45,395 nucleotides of DNA from Nitrospirae bacterium RBG_13_39_12 (lineage in GTDB: Bacteria; Nitrospirota; Thermodesulfovibrionia; Thermodesulfovibrionales; SM23-35), in the NCBI GenBank assembly GCA_001805125.1, contig MHEF01000121.1, positions 1,841-47,235 on the forward strand, written 5' to 3'. Shown here one piece after another: positions 42,064 to 45,395 of this stretch (position 1 is the first letter of the stretch; every line of letters begins with the position of its first letter). The position numbers were made by a program, and so were the translations under genes. Under the pieces are notes generated by a model that saw only the letters and a list, made by a program, of their open reading frames with translations, did no database searches and was not told the origin of the DNA.

Positions 42064-42666
42064 ATGCAGAAAATTAAGAAAGATTTAGAAGAATATATTA
42101 GAGGTAAAAAGTCAGTATTTCTTTTTACCGGGGATAGAGGCTCTACGCTTTTAATGAATATTATTAAAGATATGGGGGTCAGTATAATTTTTATTGATAC
42201 TGCGTATCAATTTAATGAGATTACGGATTATATCAAAAGTTTAGGCAGTAAGGTTGAGATTATTATTAGTAATGCTTCAGTTGATTTTACATCTGGTATG
42301 AGTGAATGCTGTTATCAAAGAAAAACAAGGGTATTAAAAGAATATTTAGATAAGACTAATGCCGAGTGTTTAATAGTTCCATTTATAGATGAGGAAAGAA
42401 ATAATGGAATTGAAGACTCCTATTTAACTGGGATCAACAATCTTAAAATAATAAGACCTATATCAGATTTAACAGAGCAAGATGTCTGGATAAAGATAAA
42501 AGAATACAAACTGCCATTTTCACCTATTTATAACAAAGGCTATAGGTTTGTTGATTGTAAATGCTGTACAACACATCATGGCAGGAAAAAATTCATTGAA
42601 GGGGATAAAAACAGAGAATTAGACAAAGAAACAGAAGAAAAACTTAAATCATTAGGGTATATGTAG
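42064..42666 (+). CDS. PAPS-reductase-family (PP-loop-like) protein with a CC...CxxC cysteine pattern
   Basis: 200 aa. FLFTGDRGSTLL...IIFIDTAYQFNEITDYI follows the family pattern (fSGGkDS ... vvfiDTG..FpET). SECCYQRKTRVLKEYL (compare kCC..RKv.PL) and, about 75 aa later, DCKCC recall the Fe-S motif of APS reductases. There is no ECGLH tail. Confidence 0.6.
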   Translation: MQKIKKDLEEYIRGKKSVFLFTGDRGSTLLMNIIKDMGVSIIFIDTAYQFNEITDYIKSLGSKVEIIISNASVDFTSGMSECCYQRKTRVLKEYLDKTNAECLIVPFIDEERNNGIEDSYLTGINNLKIIRPISDLTEQDVWIKIKEYKLPFSPIYNKGYRFVDCKCCTTHHGRKKFIEGDKNRELDKETEEKLKSLGYM

Positions 42667-42667
42667 G

Positions 42668-44044
42668 ATGGAAAAAGTTATAGTCATCTTATGTGATACA
42701 CTTAGAGCAAAAAGCCTGCACCACTATGGCAATGAGAGAAACACCCTTCCTCAACTTGCTCGTATAATAGAAGAGGATTTTATTGTTTATAAAAGGGCAT
42801 ACGCACCTTCTTCTTGGACAATCCCTTCGCATCTGTCTCTTTTTACCGGATTGTATCCTTCTCAAGTTATGGAAAATAGAACATCATTTAATTTAAACCC
42901 TAATTTTATAACTTTAGCTGATTTATTTAAAGGCTCAGGATACAAAACGTTTGCTTTAATTACTAACGGTTTTTTATCAGATAGATTCGGATATAACAAG
43001 GGATTTGATGGGTTTTTCCAATTGTGGCTGCCAAAGCCGGGTGAAAAGGAAATGCTTTTAGATTTAGGTGGCAGTAACCAATTTAAAAAACTATTTAAGT
43101 TACTTCAACTAATAATTATGGGAGATAACAAAGAAACTATTTTAAAAGGTGCCAGACAGAGGATGTATAGAAGATTCAGAATGATTCCTAAAGATGCTAC
43201 TTACTCTACAAATAGAGCTATGAATTTATTAAAACAGCATATATTAGAAAATAGCGCTAAAAGATTATTTTGTTTTGTAAATCTCATGCAGACACATGAA
43301 AAATATAATCCACCTCCTCTCACAAGAAACAAATTTATAAAACATAATGCTAAATATGAAGATTATCATAAGAGGAAAACATCAGCAGACCATTATGCAG
43401 TTGAGCCTTTCAGTCAAGAGTTTTTAGAATATCTTAAATTGCGATATGAGGAAGAAATATTATACCTTGATATAGTAATTTCAGATTTTATCCAGTTCCT
43501 GAAAAAACATGCCTTATATGATGAAAGCACTATTATAATTACAAGTGACCATGGTGAACAATTTGGAGAAAATGGACGATTTGCACATGGATTTTCAGTT
43601 TATGAGCCTGTAATAAGAATTCCGTTATATATTAAATGGAATGGGAATTCAGAGAACAATAGTAAGGTTGATGATAGATTAGTTATGTTACAGGATTTAT
43701 ACTCAACATTTATAACCTTATTGAATCACTGGCAGCCATATCCAGAGAGTTCTGTTGATTTAACATCTTCATGCGAACGTTCCTGGATATTGTCTCAATT
43801 ACCTGATATGTCCCATAATATTAAAAGTTGTCAGAAAAAGCGGCAGACATTTTCTATAAAAGAGATAGGATTGGAGGAAGACAGTCTTGCTGCCTATGTT
43901 TTTAATGACGGGGTAAAAATTATAGAGGACGGCAGTAAGGTTTTGTGTTACGACTTGAAAAACGACTCTGATGAAAAGAAACCATATCCGGTATCAGTTG
44001 AAAGAATAAAAACATTAGAGAAGATAAGAACTTTAATACAATAG
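42668..44044 (+). CDS. Sulfatase-fold (alkaline-phosphatase superfamily) protein with Thr at the nucleophile position
   Basis: VIVILCDTLRAKSL (metal-ligand Asp), APSSWTIPSHLSLFTGLYP aligned to ..C-x-P-S-R-x-S-L-L-T-G (C to T, R to H), and ITSDHGEQFGENGRFAHG (D-H ... H ligands). It has no signal peptide or TM segment. Confidence 0.75.
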   Translation: MEKVIVILCDTLRAKSLHHYGNERNTLPQLARIIEEDFIVYKRAYAPSSWTIPSHLSLFTGLYPSQVMENRTSFNLNPNFITLADLFKGSGYKTFALITNGFLSDRFGYNKGFDGFFQLWLPKPGEKEMLLDLGGSNQFKKLFKLLQLIIMGDNKETILKGARQRMYRRFRMIPKDATYSTNRAMNLLKQHILENSAKRLFCFVNLMQTHEKYNPPPLTRNKFIKHNAKYEDYHKRKTSADHYAVEPFSQEFLEYLKLRYEEEILYLDIVISDFIQFLKKHALYDESTIIITSDHGEQFGENGRFAHGFSVYEPVIRIPLYIKWNGNSENNSKVDDRLVMLQDLYSTFITLLNHWQPYPESSVDLTSSCERSWILSQLPDMSHNIKSCQKKRQTFSIKEIGLEEDSLAAYVFNDGVKIIEDGSKVLCYDLKNDSDEKKPYPVSVERIKTLEKIRTLIQ

Positions 44045-44071
44045 TATCCCCGGCTTGTAACCCCGATATAA

Positions 44072-45395
44072 ATGGTTTATCAATCAGACCTTTCTAAGAT
44101 AGCCAAAAATGCCGGTATAAGCGGAATCGGCGAGGTTGTTTTTAAAATCTTAGGATATATAACAACTATCGTTATAACCCGAACAGTTGGTCCTGCAGTA
44201 TTTGGAATCTTTAATCTTGCTAATACCATAACTAATATGACTCAGATATTTTCAAGTATAGGATTGGGACAAGGACTTCTGAGATTTGTTGCCTTTTACA
44301 AGGGCAGAGCAGATATACCGCGATTAAAGGGTGCAATAATATTTGCTACTCGGGTATCCATTTTTTTGAGTTTATTATTTGCGGTGATTATGTTCTATTT
44401 ATCTGATTTAATTGCTGTCCGATTTTTCCGTAATCCTGATGTGGGATTCGCTATTAAGATATTAATGATATCGCTTCCTTTTTTAACTCTCGGAGAATTA
44501 TGGCTAAAAAGTATTCAGTCACTCCAGATTATAAAATATCAGGTATATATCCAGAAAATCTATGCGCCTGTTGCTAAATTAATATCACTTGCAATACTTT
44601 TCCTGCTCGGATTGAAGTTGAGCGGAATATTGGCAGCCAGCATCATCTCAGCTCTTGTAGGATTTCTTTTTGCATTTTACTATTTATCAAAGATATCCCC
44701 AATCCATAAAAAAATACCTGCTCCCATATATGAAAAAAAAGAAATAATAAATTTTTCTCTGCCATTATCCTTAACCCAATTCTTAGATTTTATAATCTTC
44801 TCCATAAATATTTTGATGTTGGGTTATTTTAAGACTACTACAGATGTGGGGATTTACGTCGCAGTGACTAAGTTAGGAGGGTTAGTGGTTTTACCATTGG
44901 TTTCATTTAATAATATCTTTGCACCAATGATTTCTGAATTTTATAGTCGTAATAAAATGAACAAATTAGAGGATTTATTTAAGACTGTAACAAAGTGGAT
45001 TTTTACCTTCAGCCTGCCTGTATTCCTTATTTTTATCCTGTTTGCTCAGCCGATAATGGGAATCTTTGGGCAAAATTTTGCGATAGGGGCAGCGGCTTTA
45101 ATTGTTTTTGGAGCAGGTCAGTTAATCAATGCCGGGACAGGTTCTGTAGGGATTATACTTATGATGACTGGAAGACCAAAGATAAATCTTCTGAATTCTA
45201 TTGCTCTCTGTGTTTTAAACATCATCCTTAATTACTTATTAATCCCTCAATATGGCATTATTGGAGCGGCTTTTGCTACTGGATTGTCAATTGCAATAGT
45301 TAATATCTTAAGACTAATTGAGGTTTATTATTTTTTGAGGATTCATCCATTTAAGCTAAATTATTTAAAGCCATGTATGGCAGGGTTTTTATCTC
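44072..45395 (+). CDS. Wzx-type oligosaccharide flippase (MOP/polysaccharide biosynthesis protein family), 3' end outside the window
   Basis: Not in the ORF track because there is no stop in the window. I translated it by hand from ATG 44072 with no stop through 45395: MVYQSDLSKIAKNAGISGIGEVVFKILGYITTIVITRTVGPAVFGIFNLANTI...GIIGAAFATGLSIAIVNILRLIEVYYF.... It is polytopic and shows the typical Wzx N-terminal pattern. Confidence 0.8.
   Translation, partial: MVYQSDLSKIAKNAGISGIGEVVFKILGYITTIVITRTVGPAVFGIFNLANTITNMTQIFSSIGLGQGLLRFVAFYKGRADIPRLKGAIIFATRVSIFLSLLFAVIMFYLSDLIAVRFFRNPDVGFAIKILMISLPFLTLGELWLKSIQSLQIIKYQVYIQKIYAPVAKLISLAILFLLGLKLSGILAASIISALVGFLFAFYYLSKISPIHKKIPAPIYEKKEIINFSLPLSLTQFLDFIIFSINILMLGYFKTTTDVGIYVAVTKLGGLVVLPLVSFNNIFAPMISEFYSRNKMNKLEDLFKTVTKWIFTFSLPVFLIFILFAQPIMGIFGQNFAIGAAALIVFGAGQLINAGTGSVGIILMMTGRPKINLLNSIALCVLNIILNYLLIPQYGIIGAAFATGLSIAIVNILRLIEVYYFLRIHPFKLNYLKPCMAGFLS

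Noticed and set aside
38985-44044. Radical SAM/SPASM protein as an anaerobic sulfatase-maturating enzyme (anSME) for the sulfatase-fold protein
   Set aside because: The sulfatase-fold protein lacks the C/S-x-P-x-R target motif (it reads T-I-P-S-H) and has no export signal. The radical SAM protein (323 aa) is shorter than typical anSMEs, and the two genes are separated by three other loci.
44995-45231. 78-aa plus-strand ORF
   Set aside because: It is in an alternative frame inside the open Wzx flippase reading frame, which runs from 44072 to the window end.

Overview
The window has two halves that differ in composition, and I found no rRNA, tRNA, CRISPR array, transposase or integrase in it.

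**Positions 1-24.4 kb.** This half is visibly GC-richer and almost every gene is on the minus strand. It looks like core metabolism and housekeeping:
- A tightly coupled operon interleaves the three subunits of a xanthine-dehydrogenase-family molybdenum hydroxylase (FAD, 2Fe-2S, Mo-pterin) with a UbiD-type (de)carboxylase, a 78-aa zinc-ribbon protein and an exported FmdE-like protein. It runs straight into a TAXI-type TRAP transporter.
- A Liv-type (branched-chain/aromatic-acid type) ABC importer.
- A truncated opine-dehydrogenase-like gene, a TtcA-like PP-loop ATPase and an EndoIII-like glycosylase.
- A YbhGFSR-like HlyD + 2 ATPase + 2 ABC-2 permease exporter.
- A bifunctional Rel/SpoT enzyme, ribosomal protein L28 and a small secreted protein.

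**Positions 25.0-45.4 kb.** After a 635-bp AT-rich gap, this half is visibly AT-rich and every gene is on the plus strand. It is a Wzx-dependent-style exopolysaccharide locus that continues past the window end:
- A nucleotidyltransferase-phosphoglycosyltransferase fusion, a Wza-like exporter, and a Wzc-like co-polymerase with a degenerate kinase P-loop.
- Two radical SAM enzymes (one B12-type, one SPASM-type), an LpxL-like acyltransferase and a GT4 glycosyltransferase.
- A clan-A glycoside hydrolase, a PAPS-reductase-like protein, a sulfatase-fold protein and a Wzx flippase.

**Most interesting observation.** The locus contains a complete but split Dlt-like acyl-shuttle pathway. It consists of an adenylating enzyme, a carrier protein, an MBOAT and a DltD/SGNH-like transferase. 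It also includes a 39-aa membrane microprotein (36738-36857) that is absent from the ORF track and ends in F-V-Y-E-K-F.

**Intergenic structure.** Intergenic gaps carry two kinds of structured repeat:
- Nested GC-rich hairpin (REP/MITE-like) elements. One 25-nt unit occurs twice, exactly, in opposite orientation, about 20.5 kb apart.
- Hairpins built from tandem 7-10-nt words in the exporter operon.

All functional calls come from reading the translations by eye. No database search was run.
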